Positions 1 to 11,720 of a DNA stretch of 32,000 nt are shown here, one piece after another. Under the pieces are notes generated by a model. The model did no database searches. It worked only from the letters and a program-made list of their open reading frames with translations, and had not been told where the DNA came from. Within the stretch, counting starts at the first letter, position 1. Each line of letters starts with the position of its first letter. The DNA comes from Candidatus Saccharimonadota bacterium (lineage in GTDB: Bacteria > Patescibacteriota > Gracilibacteria > BD1-5 > UBA6164). The DNA lies in NCBI GenBank assembly GCA_965227835.1, contig OZ245768.1, positions 150,001-182,000 on the forward strand, given 5' to 3'. The translations under genes were made by a program, and so were the position numbers.

Positions 1-2
1 AA

Positions 3-1265
3 GAAGAAATAGATTTCATTTCAAAAGAATTTTTTATCAGAGACGATATAGATTTTGGAATAATAAAAAATATATTATTCCACATTCATATAGCTTTTTG
101 AATAAGTTACTATAAGCTATTTCCTACAAAAAATCTCGTTGTCAAAACTTGAATTTTAAATGAAAATCAAATTAATTTTTGGAAAAAATTTTATCTAAAT
201 GGTCTTTGAGAGTTTTTTTATAGAAATAAGATATTACCCATATGATTATGTAATTTCATTAATGGCTCAGATATTTTTTTCCAAAAAAAAGAATTTGAAA
301 CTAAACCTAAATCTTTAGTACCAATTTGATGATGAAAAGACTCTATTGTTTCAATTGAGTTGTTGAAAAAGGATTCCTGTAGCTTTGATTTATTCACTTT
401 CTGACCTAAAGACAATATATTATACAAAAAAACTCAAGAAATATCTGGTAAAAATAGGCTTTTTATAAAAAGATATATTCCTGACCTTTCAAATTTTAAA
501 AATGGTGGGTATTATAACTGACATGTTCCTATAACTTGATTGATAGCCTTTGCAATGATGCTAGTTTGATATTTATATTCATATAAATATTTGATATTAT
601 CAAATGAAAGATCTTCCAATTTTTGAAATATTAAATGGAAATGAATAGATATAAATCATCAATATTCCAAAAGTTTTGAATTTGAAAAAGACTTTAAATC
701 ATATACTCAAAAATATATAACTAAAAATATTTTTTACTTTTCTCTTTTAAGATGATTTTACGAAATTAATATAGCACAATTATTTTACCTTTTATGAAAA
801 AAATACTTTTCTTTTTTTTCTAGTTGTAATTATAATTTTAAAATATTTTCTTCTTTAGATAAAAATAAAATCTCGAAGATATATTGGTGTAACTCTTGCC
901 CAAAATGTCTTTTTGTTTTTGCCATACTTAGACCTCATTTATCAACTAAAGAAGTTTTACAAATTTTTTGAAAAGATTTATTTGAAGATAGAGAGTTAGA
1001 AAATGGTTTTAGGGAACTTTTGTGAATATCTTGAATTAAACCATTTGAATGTGTATGAGAAAAACAAGAAGTAATATTTTCTATGTACAAAAGTCTAGAT
1101 AAATACAAAAATCTACCTTTTATTTTAAAAATGTTTGAAAAAGAAGTTCTTCCAAAATTTACTCATAGCCAGTTTCTAAAAATGGAAGAAAAGCTATACA
1201 AAATATATAAAGAAAATATTATACCAAAAGACTTTGAAAAAATATGAGAAAAACTTTTTTTTTAA
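3..1265 (+). CDS. PP-loop (adenine-nucleotide alpha-hydrolase superfamily) ATPase-like protein, 5' end outside window
   Basis: Frame 3 is open from nt 3 to TAA at 1263-1265 only when TGA is sense (checked codon by codon). Contains VPIGGGKDS, an SGGxDS-type PP-loop in which all three Gly are TGA, and a CNSCPKC cysteine motif. Exact function is not recognisable by eye. Confidence 0.6.
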
Positions 1266-1340
1266 CTAGAAACTTAAAAATTAAATTCTATGAAAAAATA
1301 ATAAACTTTTAATAATTTTTTGCTAACTAATTTTTAAAAA

Positions 1341-3623
1341 ATGAGAAAAAATATAGAGGAACAATTAAAAAATATTTTGCTTTTAAAAAGAGAAATTTTT
1401 GTATTTTGGTTTTTTTTGATATCTTTTTTTATAATAATAACAAAAGTATTCTCATACACAGTACTTGATTATGAATATTATAAAGACTTAGCAGATAAAC
1501 AACAAATATGAAAAGTTGAAATACCTGTAACTAGATGAAATATATACACAAAAAATGGTAGTGTAATAGCTACTTCTGTAAGTTTAAATGATTTAGCAAT
1601 TGATCCTGTTTCTTATTGAGATAAAGCAAAGCTTATAGTATTCCTTAGAGATATTATTTTTGAAGAAATTTGCTTTTGAGAAAACTCAAGTGTATGTAAA
1701 AATAACCTACTTAAGTTTTTGAAGGTTCTTGATTTAGAAAACTTTAAACTAGAAAATGATTATGTCAAAGATATGATAGTGAAACAATTAGAAGAAAAAT
1801 TAAAAGAAACCAAGATAAGATCAGTTTTAGTTTATGAAGGTCTTTCAAAATTACAGATATTGGAACTTAAAGATATGAATTCAAAATGAGTTTATATAAA
1901 TAAAAATAATCTTTACATAAATCCTGAAGAAGTGTTAAATGAAAAACTACTTGCATTAAAAATTTCAAAAATTCTTCCTATAATAGAAACAAAAATTGAG
2001 TATATGATAAGAAAAAGAGACAAAAGGTATGTAAAACTCTTATCTAAACTTTCTATTGAGACTTCAGAGAAAATAGAAACCTATATAGCTGATGAAAAAG
2101 ATGCCTTGAAAAGAGGATTGATAAATGAAAAAGAATCTATATTCAACTTTTTAATACTCACACCTTATCCTCAAAGATACTACCCTGAAAATAATCTTGC
2201 TTCAAATATAGTATGATTTGTAGATAATTCTTGAAAAGGACAATATTGATTAGAAGGTTATTTCAACGATATACTTAAATGAAATAAATGATATATAATA
2301 GCAAAAACTGATATTAGATGAAGAACTATAGATCCTATATCTCTTAAAAGCTGAGACTTATTCTGAAAATGAGCTAAAATTTATTCTACTATTGACAGAA
2401 ACATACAAAGTAATGTAGAAGATATTTTAGAAGCTTGAGTTAAAAAATTTAGAGCAAATAAATGAAGTGCTATAGTTATGAATCCAAAAACTTGAGAAAT
2501 AATATCTATGGCAAATTACCCATCATTTGATCCAAATAGACCATGAGATGTATATGAATTAGAAAAAGTAAATTATTGAATATATCCAAATCCTTTGATA
2601 GATTTAAAATGAATACCTGTATTTGTTGAGGATAATATAGAGTGAAAACAATTTTTTTATAACTCTCAAAAAATTCTTCTTAGAAATGCTAGTGAGGAAG
2701 AGATATGAAATCCTTTGGTTGTAAAGTACAAATATATAAATGATTTTTGACCAGAAGTTTATAAAAATGGTGTAATTTCTGATTTATATGAACCAGGTTC
2801 TATAATAAAATCTTTTACTGTTGCCATATGATTAGATTCTGGAGAAATTTCTAGAAATTCTATGTATATGGATAATTGAAGTTTAAAAATAGATCAATTT
2901 GAAATTAGTAATGTTTCTAGTAAATGTTTATGATATCATAGTTTTTCACATGCTCTAAATTATTCTTGTAATGTTTGAATGATAAGAATTGCCCAAAGAT
3001 ATTGAAGAGTTTTAGCTTATAATTATCTAAAAGCTTTTTGATTTGAGAAAAAAACAGATATATCTTTAGCTTGAGAGGTAAATTCTGAAATTAGAGATTT
3101 AAATCATTGGTCTATATCAAATCTGCTAACTTCTAGTTACTGACTTTGAATAAGTGTTACACCTTTACAAATGGCAACAGCTTATAGTGTTTTAGCAAAT
3201 TGATGAGTATATGTTAGACCTCATATAATAGATGCTATTGAATATTGAGATAAAAAAGTTTTAAAATATGAAACTGAGCAAGAATATAGAGTAATTAAGC
3301 CAGAAACTTCAAAAATTATTACAAATATGCTTGTTAACTCTATAAATAAATGAGTTGCACAAACTTGAAATGTGCAGTGATATACCCTAGCTTGAAAAAC
3401 TTGAACTTCCCAAATTGCTAGTAAATGAGGATATGAAAAATGAGAAGCTTCAACATATGCATCTTTTGCTTGATTTTGACCGGCTGAAGATCCTAAATTC
3501 GTTATAGTAGTTAAACTTGATAGACCTAGAGTTTCTATTTATTGATGACAGACTTCATCAGAAATTTTTAAAGATATATCACAGTATTTGCTTGATTATT
3601 ATAAAATTCCAAGAAAAAGCTAG
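1341..3623 (+). CDS. Penicillin-binding protein, class B transpeptidase (PBP2/FtsI-like), 760 aa
   Basis: ATG 1341 to TAG 3621-3623, with no TAA/TAG in frame (checked). An N-terminal TM segment is followed by TRGNIYTKNG and GLEGYFND. Active-site boxes are SIIK (SxxK), YSCNVG (SxN) and AGKTGTSQ (KTG), with the KTG-box glycines encoded by TGA. Confidence 0.9.
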
Positions 3624-3682
3624 GATATTTTATAAAAAAGGTATTATTCTATTGTACTTTATATTTTTTAATATTTGTTTAT

Positions 3683-4000
3683 ATGAGTTTAAATAATAGT
3701 GAATATGTTAACTACTCAGGTATGAAAAAACTATTGGATAAAAATCCTTGAGGTATTGATTTACTTATTTCAATTACATCTTCAGGGGTAGATAAAATTA
3801 TGTCAGATTTATTTATTGATAAAATAAATTTTGAATCTCAATCATTTGATAATATAGTTTGAAGACTCAACATAGGTTATGATTGATGAATCTTAATTAA
3901 TATTCCAAAAGATAATTCTCCTGTTTGATTTCCTTTTTGGATAAATTTTAAAAACCAAGAATATATTGATGAACGTTGATTTAAGTTAAAAACAAAATAA
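3683..4000 (+). CDS. Hypothetical protein, 105 aa
   Basis: Open with TGA as sense (6 in-frame TGA), ATG to TAA. No recognisable motif. Confidence 0.4.
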
Positions 4001-4126
4001 TAAAAATTGTCTATCGTTATAAAAACAGAAATCAATATTGACTTTTACTATTATATGTATATTATTTATAGTCTACAATGTTTATTCATTTTTTAATCAC
4101 AAGAATTATTTAAAAAGGAGTTTAAA

Positions 4127-4468
4127 ATGAAAAATTTATTTTTTCTTTGTTTTAGCATAATGAGGATAATTTACTTATTTGTAAATTATCAAGTACTATT
4201 TGCTTCAAAAATGGAAAAAGCTTATTTGATTTCTTTAATCAAAAAATTGAAATCTGGAGAAGAAATAGACTATCAAGATGCTTTTTTCCTAAACTTTTAT
4301 GTAAAGTGCAGATACTTTCTTAATGATAATAGTAATAGGGAGACTAATATTTTATCTTTTTTTACTAAAAGAAATCCTAAAGGTTTATATCTTTGTGAGT
4401 CAGAAAGATTTTCTAACAAGTATCCCTTAATATATAAGATGCTTTTATCAAAAAAAGCTTTATGCTAA
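4127..4468 (+). CDS. Hypothetical protein, 113 aa
   Basis: Complete ORF in the supplied track. AAGGAG lies 8 nt upstream of the ATG and an intrinsic terminator follows directly. Confidence 0.5.
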   Translation: MKNLFFLCFSIMRIIYLFVNYQVLFASKMEKAYLISLIKKLKSGEEIDYQDAFFLNFYVKCRYFLNDNSNRETNILSFFTKRNPKGLYLCESERFSNKYPLIYKMLLSKKALC

Positions 4469-4473
4469 AACAA

Positions 4474-4508
4474 AAAGCACTTACTTCATCAAAGTAAGTG
4501 CTTTTTTA
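4474..4508 (+). terminator. Rho-independent terminator
   Basis: Stem agcacttactt / aagtaagtgct with loop catca, followed by TTTTTT. Confidence 0.7.
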
Positions 4509-4519
4509 CTTTACACAAA

Positions 4520-4594
<75 letters not shown>

Positions 4595-4772
4595 ATTTAA
4601 ATTGTTTTATTATTCTAACTCAAAAATTTCTCTGGTGAAAATTAGCAAAAAGAATTGTTTTTTTTTAAATAGATTTTTCAATTTTTCTTCAAGCCAAGCA
4701 ATTATATGAAAAAAATAACAATATCAAATTTTTGTAAAATATTAAAAATCTCTTTATTTTCTTGTAAAAAAT

Positions 4773-4801
4773 AAAAGCCCTGAGCTTTAGCCCAGGGCTT
4801 T
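4773..4801 (-). terminator. Rho-independent terminator of the membrane-protein gene
   Basis: Hairpin gccctgagc/gcccagggc. On the minus strand it is followed by a T-run, 14 nt past the stop at 4815. Confidence 0.6.
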
Positions 4802-4814
4802 TAACTAAAATTTT

Positions 4815-6236
4815 TTATTTTTTTAAATTCTCCATAAATTTTTTTACTTCACTTGCTGCAATATCTTTTGACCCAAGTCAAACAGCTAAAGCAAATGCAA
4901 CTGCTACTGCTCATAAAACTAAAGTGAAAGCTTGTGTTATTATTTCTCAACCTATTCACATTTGTTGTAATCACATAAAAGCTGTTAAAACTATTATAGC
5001 TGTTTTTGCTATATTTATAAGTATCTTTGAATCTGAAGCTGTCCTTATAGCTTTTTCTGCTAGGTTAGCTAAAAATAATCAAAGCCCTAATATAACTATA
5101 CCTACAAGTACATTTGTTGCAAAAAGTATAAACTCATTCACAAGAGCAGCTATAGTCATAAAACCTATTGTACTTGTAGCTTCAACTACTGCTAAAAGTA
5201 TTATGTATATAAATGCTAAATGTCCTATTATTTCAGAAGGTTTCGTGGTTGATTTAACACTTTTTAAACCAATTATTTTTAATACTTTATCAAATCAAGC
5301 TCATGATAATAGCTCAGATATTAGTCTTGATACGAATCTTCATATGAAATATGATATAGTTATTATTATTCATGCTGTGAAAAGAAGAGGAATCATATTT
5401 ATTATTTGTTGTAACATTTCTGTAGCAGGTTCACTTATAACACCTATTTTTAATTTATCCAAAGCTTGTATAGCTACAGGTAATAAAATAAGAACATATG
5501 CTATTGTCCCTGCTAGGTTTGATATTGAGAAGTCATTTAAACCAAATTTTTTACTTGCTTCATCTACATTAAGAGAATTAAGTACACTTACAGTTATTTG
5601 TTTTATTATTTTAGCTATAAATAATCATATTATAAATATTATACTGGCTCCTATTATATTGGGTATATATCAAGTAACACTATCTATTATATTTGTTATT
5701 GGTTTTAAAAGTTCGTTTTGTCCTAACTCTTCAAGTATTTGAGGAAGAAAAAATATTATTACTGCCCAATATGCTATTACTCCTATACTTTCTGATACAT
5801 TAATTCAAGAACTTAACTTTTTGTTTAAATCCATTACCTTTGATCATTTTATTATAGCAATTTTAGCAATACTAGCTAATAACCATGCTATTATAGCTAG
5901 TCATAATGCATTAATTATTTTTGGTATAAAATCATCCAAAATGTCATTTAAAATAGCTATTTCTATGTTTAAATATTCTAATATTCATACTACTCAAGCA
6001 AGTATTATTATAAAATAAAGCCCCTTAGATACTATGTTTCAAATTAGATTCAAATCTATTGATACATCTATCTTTTTAAAGGCTTTTTTCAAAAAGTTAG
6101 CTTTTTTTAATCATCATCATACTAACTCTGAGATTATTTTTGCAATTACGATAGCAACAATTACTCATACTATTATTGTAGCATATCTAATAATCACATC
6201 AAGAGGTAAGCTTATACCTTGCATAAAATTATACAT
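4815..6236 (-). CDS. Polytopic membrane protein with repeated conserved-TM-helix units (mechanosensitive-channel-associated type), 473 aa
   Basis: The minus-strand frame is open from ATG (6236) to TAA (4815-4817) with TGA as sense; every triplet was checked. It shows repeated hydrophobic units of the form G-x-I-P-N-I-I-G-A-x-I-I-F-I-I-G-L-F-I-A-K. The plus-strand ORFs 4924-6264 are its antisense shadows. Confidence 0.7.
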
Positions 6237-6475
6237 AATAAATTTACTTACAAATATAAAATAATTTTTTAGAAAATATTAAAATTTTCAATTTATCCTT
6301 TAATAATGCTTTTTTGCACTCTTGCATTGTATATTTTTTTAAGTTTGTGTAAAAAATAAAGCTATTTACATTTAAGTTTGATTATTTTCTAAATATGAAA
6401 CTAAAAAAACTAGATTTTTTATTTATGCTAAATATACTAAAAAATAATTACTTATATCCTTATTAAAAATTGAAT

Positions 6476-6709
6476 ATGAAAGTAAAAATATGTTTATGAA
6501 ACTCTTGTAAATCAAATTTTTCGCATTATATGATTTCTAGAATTGATAGAGATATAAAAAAATTTGATTTAAAAAATATCGAAATTGAAGAATCTAAGTG
6601 TATGTGAGAATGTAGTAAATGACCTAATGCAAGAATTGATAGAGAGATTATAAATTTCTCTAATGGTTCTAAGATTAGTGAACTTATGTTTAAGAAATTA
6701 AAGAGATAA
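6476..6709 (+). CDS. Small thioredoxin-like [2Fe-2S] ferredoxin-type protein, 77 aa
   Basis: Carries CLGNSC and CMGECSKGPN cysteine motifs (C-x-G-x-C-x-x-G-P-N type). Three of the motif glycines are TGA. Confidence 0.6.
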
Positions 6710-6711
6710 TA

Positions 6712-8328
6712 ATGTTAATTTATAATACTAAAACAAGAAAAAAGGAAATATTTAAGCCTATTTCAAGCAGGGAAGTGAAGGTCTATTTTTGTGGTCCTAC
6801 CCCATATAATTTTGCTCATATATGAAATTTGAAAACATATGTTTTTGAAGATGTGGTTGTAAAGACTTTGAGGTTTTTATGATACAATTTAAAAACTACT
6901 ATGAATATAACTGATATAGATGATAAGACTATTAGAGATAGTCAAAAAATGTTAGAGAGTCTATCTTCTTTCACAAAAAAATATTCCAAAGCTTTTTTGG
7001 AAGATATAGAAAAATTATGAATTAAAAAAGCAGATAATGTGGTTTTTATATCTAGTTTGATACCAGAAATGGTTAGAATGATTCAAACTATGCTCAATAG
7101 AAAAAATGCTTATTTTTGAGATGATTGAAGTATTTATTTTGATGTTTGTAGTTTTAAGAATTACTGAAAATTAGCAAATTTAGATATTTCTTGATTAAAA
7201 AAATCCGTAAGGATAGATAATGATGAGTATGGAAAAGAAGAAGCTTCTGATTTTGCCTTATGGAAAGCTTGGAAAAAAGAAGATGGTGATAATTTTTGGG
7301 AAGCAGAGTTTTTTTTACCAGATGAGTCTGAAAAACCTAACCTCCAGTCCATTCAAACCTTACCCTCAACCCAATGAACTAGCCCTCACCCTCAGCCTCT
7401 CTCCGGGCAAACCTCACCCCTAAACCTCTCCGAGCAAACCTCACCCCTAACCCCTCTCCTTAGAGGAGAGGGGGATAGAAAAGTTGTTATAAAATGAAGA
7501 CCTGGATGGCATATAGAGTGTAGTGCTTGTAATATGAAATATTTTTGAGCTCAGATAGATATACATATGTGAGGTATAGATAACTTATTTCCTCACCACC
7601 AAAATGAAGTTGCTCAAACAGAGAGTTGTACTAAAAAAGAATTTTCAAGATATTGGATTCATTGATGACATCTTAGTGTGGATGGTAAAAAAATGTCTAA
7701 GTCTCTTTGAAATTTTTATACTTTGAAGGATTTGGAGGATAAATTCAAAGATGTAGATAGATCTGTTTTATATAGAGCTATAAGACTTAGCTTTATGAAT
7801 TGAAAATATAGGGATAGTATAGATTTTAGTTTTGATAAACTTAACCAAATGCTTAATACTATTGTTGGACTGGATAATACTTTGAAAAATGTTTTTTACT
7901 ATAAATCTAGTTTGTGAGATGAAAATTCCAAGTCTAGTATTAGTTTTAGAAATAGTATGCAAGATTTCATAATTTCTTATACAAATGAGCTTGAAGATGA
8001 TTTTAATATACCCAATGCTTTGAGTGTTTTTTATAGTTTTGAAAAATTTGTGAATACTTGAATTAGAAAAAATGATTTTTCTTTTCCAGAGGTTAGTTCC
8101 ATTTTGGATATGTTTAAAACATTTAACGAGGTTTTATCTATAATGGATTTTGATATTTTAGATTTAAACAATTTTATTCCTAGTGATATTTCTTCAAAAT
8201 TGGAAAAAAGAAATGATGCTAAGAGAAAAAAGGATTTTGTTTTGGCTGATAGTTTGAGAAATGACATAGAGTCTCAGGGTTACAGAGTTATTGATGATAG
8301 AAATTGAAGTAGAGTTGAAAAATTTTAG
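6712..8328 (+). CDS. cysS: Cysteine--tRNA ligase with ~50-aa in-frame insertion, 538 aa
   Basis: [59 protein letters not shown] and KMSKSLGN are all present. The frame is continuous from ATG 6712 to TAG 8326-8328 with TGA as Gly. Confidence 0.95.
7399..7473 (+). repeat. GC-rich tandem duplication plus perfect hairpin inside cysS
   Basis: The 25-nt core ctctccg(g/a)gcaaacctcacccctaa occurs at 7399-7423 and 7426-7450 (period 27 nt, or 9 codons). It is followed by cccctctcc-ttaga-ggagagggg at 7451-7473. Line 7381-7440 hand-counts to 37/60 GC. Confidence 0.85.
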
Positions 8329-9884
8329 ATTTCAGGAGCTTCTTTTATTGAGGTTTTAATATTTGAGTTATTCAAAGCTTCTTTAAATTCATTGAATAAA
8401 AATCCATTTACAATACTTTCTCTTTCTACAAATTTATCTTTAAATAGTTTTATTATTTTGCTTTCTCCATGAGTGTTTACTTCTGCTATATCTCAACCTG
8501 CATTTCATCCATTTATCCTAATTATTTTAAACACCGTATCTTCTAGACTAGAATTTTCAGGTATTTCACCGAGTCATACTGATTTTATTATTTTTCCTAA
8601 AAATAGTTTTACCTCATTTTCATCAAGGTAGTTGCTGTCAGCTTTTATGTTTATACTTCATATAGATCTTAATATGTCTGATCTTATGTCCCATAATTCT
8701 TCAAGTCCTGTTCTTTCTAATACATTGTAAAAGTTTACTATGTTTTCCATGGCCTCAGGGCTTTTTTGTATTATTGCATATTCTTGTTTATTTATTCAAT
8801 TTATTTTTTCTCAATTTTGAGTTTCTATACTTATATTTCAGTTTTCATATATATTTAATTTGTGGGTTGTGTTTAGAGAATTGTTTGTTTCTTGGTTTTC
8901 GTCATTTAAGTTATATTCTTCATTTGTTACTTCACTATTTCTTTGTTCTTGTATTTGGGTTTTTAATTCAAATCTTTCATAGTTTATTTTTAGCCTTTTA
9001 TTATAATTTGCTAATTTCTTTTTAAGTATATCTAATAGTTCTTTTTTTTGTTGATCCAATGAGGCTTCACCTTCTAATTCTTCTATTAAAAATATTAATT
9101 GATTTTGATTTAGGTCATTGATACTAGTTATTCATTCTATACCTGTATCATAATCAAATAAGAGTTCGTTTTCTTTTATAAATTCAAGAAAAAATTGATT
9201 GTCTACTTCATTATCAATTATTGCATTTGATAAATCTAATTTAGATTCCATGAAATTACTACTTTTTTCTTTAAGTTCCACATGATAATCAATAAATTGA
9301 TTTATAATTCATTCTGAACCTTCCCAAATTTCTGGATTTATGTAATCAACAAGCATGTCTCTAATTTCTCCAATTGTGTATTTTGTATTTGGGTTTAGTA
9401 ATTCATCAATTAATTCTTGATTTATAAGTTCTTGATTTAATTTCTTTGATTCATGTTCTATGTTATATTCTCAATCACATGAAATATTTCTACTTTGTTT
9501 CAATCATTCTATATATCAATATAGTGCTGTTTTTATATCGTTTTTTACTTCATTAAAATTCTTCTCGGATTCAATAACATTATTCTCAAAATAAAGTACT
9601 TTACTAGGACCAGTTATTTCAGGTCTTTTATCTATATTTTTCAATTCATAAAATTCTCTTCTCAAATCTTCCAATTCATTTTTAGTGATTTCACTTTCAC
9701 TTTTTATAGCTTCTTTTATTTTTTCTTTCAAATCTGAATATTCTCTTTCTGCATTTTTATACCTATCTGATCTTGTTGTTGAACCTTGCTCAATTCTAGA
9801 CAATATTAAATTTCACTCCTCAATTAAACTTTGAGTAGATTTTTTTACCTCCTCGTTTGTATTTAAATAGTTTAAGTTTTCCAT
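8325..9884 (-). CDS. Hypothetical acidic, helix-rich protein, 519 aa
   Basis: The minus frame is open from ATG 9884 to TAA (complement of 8325-8327), with many in-frame TGA; every triplet was checked. It merges track ORFs 8838-9059 and 9516-9803. Its stop overlaps the cysS stop by 4 nt. Confidence 0.65.
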
Positions 9885-9974
9885 AGTTTTTATTTATTTT
9901 TTCTTTAATTTTAACATATACTTTTATTTTTTACAAATAACTGGCATAATATTTTCCTTTTGTCTTAAACTTTC

Positions 9975-10010
9975 ATAAAAAAAGAGCTCTCTTGATTTCA
10001 AGAGAGCTCT
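9975..10010 (-). terminator. Rho-independent terminator ending the six-gene operon
   Basis: A 12-bp perfect stem agagctctcttg / caagagagctct with a 4-nt loop. On the minus strand it is followed by TTTTTT, 19 nt past the TAG at 10029-10031. Confidence 0.75.
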
Positions 10011-10028
10011 TTAGTATTTCGGTTTTTT

Positions 10029-11720
10029 CTAGTTTGAAGAATAAGTTCTAGAAAAAGCCTGTTTTATTTGTTCATCCCAGTCTGATATAGATCCTTGAGG
10101 GTCTACCCAAACTGTTATGTTGTACCTAGGGTCTGTAATTGCTAGCTCTGGAAGTCCTCCTGCTAAATTTCCTTTTTGTGCTAGAGTTACAGCAGTTGAA
10201 AGAAAATAAAATCTTCTTTCTCCTGCAATATCACGAATATGAGGTCTATTTTCAACAACAGATGCTTGACGTCTATTTGATTCATCGACATACTGTTTTG
10301 GTTTTAGACTCTCGGAAGGGTCTTGTTTAGAGTCTGGAGTTAGTATATTACCATACCCAACCCAGTTATATTCTTTTTTTGAACCAGCGACGTCATCACC
10401 AATTGTAGAACATCCTGTAAGACGTTCTCCTTTATTGGAATGATGATAGTAGTATATTTTATCACTACTATCAACCGGTGCAAAAAGTGATACAGATAAA
10501 CCTGAACGAGCTGATATAAAAGGTTCAAGACAAAAATAAGCGAATAAACCTTTTTCTCCACTTTCATTTTCTTCAGATTTATTTAGTTGTTCCACATATT
10601 GCACAAAAGGTTGAGGATTTAGATCCCAAGAAGAATCGGGTATCCTGACATCACCTTCATGTGCTAAACCTGGAAATGGTCCCATAAATCCATTTTGAAA
10701 TCTAAAAGATGTAGCTTCAAATCTATGTACTTTTTGAGGTTTTAAATTTTGTCCTTTCAAAAAGTCATAGTTTTCTATATCTTCAGGGGAAACATATTTT
10801 CCCTCCCCCAAGAAAGTTCTAAGAATACCATCTATCCAATCTCTTTCTTTACATTGTTTGAGGATATAAACTCCCGCAAACTCTATTTTGGGAAAAAAGA
10901 TACCAGACCACTTAGACATTGAAACTACTTGTACGAAATCTCCTTTATCGTCTTTTACATACTTAACTCCTTCGGGAAAATAGCTAAGAAATTTCCAAGG
11001 ATTTAGACGTTTTTTGACAACGTTTAGAGTATTATTCCAGTACAAAAGACCTTCTCCGGAGGGAAAACATACATTTTCTATATCCTCGAAGTTTGGTGAG
11101 GGGCTCTCAGCTGATACTGAAAATATTTGATTTATATCTTGAGTCATTCTTCCCCATCTTTTATAGGGATAAATTTCTAAGTTAAATCTAATATTCCCAT
11201 TATCCATAATTCGATCTGGAATTTGTATAGACTCAGATTCGCTTATCTTTTTTGTTGCCAAGACCATCACAGAGTTCAATGGTTGTGGAGTTACTTTTGT
11301 TGTTAATGGTAGTTCATCTAGTTCTACCCAGTCTACATTTTGGTATTTAAGATAAGAAGAAATATATTGTGTTACACCAAAATATGTATATGGCACAATA
11401 CAAAATAAACCTATAATACCAAATGACCAAGCAGTTTTTTTAAGCTTTACTTTTGAAAGACCAATTGTTATTAGATATATTACTAACAACATAAATACAA
11501 CAAAGAGATACTCTCTAACAACTATAACATACTCATGCCATATAGACCTCAAAAGTATTAGTGTAATAAAAAGGAAAAACATAACTACACGAAAAATTTT
11601 ACTTTTCCATATGCTTTGTAGACCGTTTTTTATACCAGAACAAGTATTTCTTACTAACCAGTATATTGCTCCTTTCTCTTCCTCGTCTACTTTGTTTATG
11701 TCATTGTTTATGTCACTCAT
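10029..11720 (-). CDS. Island gene 6: membrane protein, three N-terminal TM helices plus ~440-aa probably extracytoplasmic domain, 563 aa
   Basis: The track ORF runs to 11747, but the ATG at 11720 (MSDINN) has AAGGAGG 6 nt upstream and gives the same 8-nt overlap style as the other junctions. TM segments are FRVVMFFLFITLILL, YLFVVFMLLVIYLITIGL and AWSFGIIGLFCIVPYTYFGV. TAG stop. Confidence 0.8.
   Translation of the reverse strand: MSDINNDINKVDEEEKGAIYWLVRNTCSGIKNGLQSIWKSKIFRVVMFFLFITLILLRSIWHEYVIVVREYLFVVFMLLVIYLITIGLSKVKLKKTAWSFGIIGLFCIVPYTYFGVTQYISSYLKYQNVDWVELDELPLTTKVTPQPLNSVMVLATKKISESESIQIPDRIMDNGNIRFNLEIYPYKRWGRMTQDINQIFSVSAESPSPNFEDIENVCFPSGEGLLYWNNTLNVVKKRLNPWKFLSYFPEGVKYVKDDKGDFVQVVSMSKWSGIFFPKIEFAGVYILKQCKERDWIDGILRTFLGEGKYVSPEDIENYDFLKGQNLKPQKVHRFEATSFRFQNGFMGPFPGLAHEGDVRIPDSSWDLNPQPFVQYVEQLNKSEENESGEKGLFAYFCLEPFISARSGLSVSLFAPVDSSDKIYYYHHSNKGERLTGCSTIGDDVAGSKKEYNWVGYGNILTPDSKQDPSESLKPKQYVDESNRRQASVVENRPHIRDIAGERRFYFLSTAVTLAQKGNLAGGLPELAITDPRYNITVWVDPQGSISDWDEQIKQAFSRTYSSN

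Noticed and set aside
218-427. Minus-strand 69-aa ORF
   Set aside because: It lies antisense inside the continuous PP-loop reading frame (3-1265) and has no start context.
4127-4468. The 113-aa ORF also has an AGGAG SD and no in-frame TGA, so it might be foreign like the island
   Set aside because: It has only two Gly codons and typical low GC. The absence of TGA is not statistically meaningful here.
4924-6264. Plus-strand track ORFs 4924-5742, 5821-6018 and 6034-6264 (low-complexity I/A/S-rich)
   Set aside because: They are antisense shadows of the minus-strand membrane-protein gene 4815-6236. That gene is continuous under table 25 and has its own terminator.
7161-7423. Track ORFs 7161-7352 (-) and 7220-7423 (+) running through the GC-rich segment
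   Set aside because: The cysS frame passes uninterrupted through the region and resumes the conserved GRPGWHIEC motif. These are alternative-frame artefacts of low stop density in GC-rich DNA.
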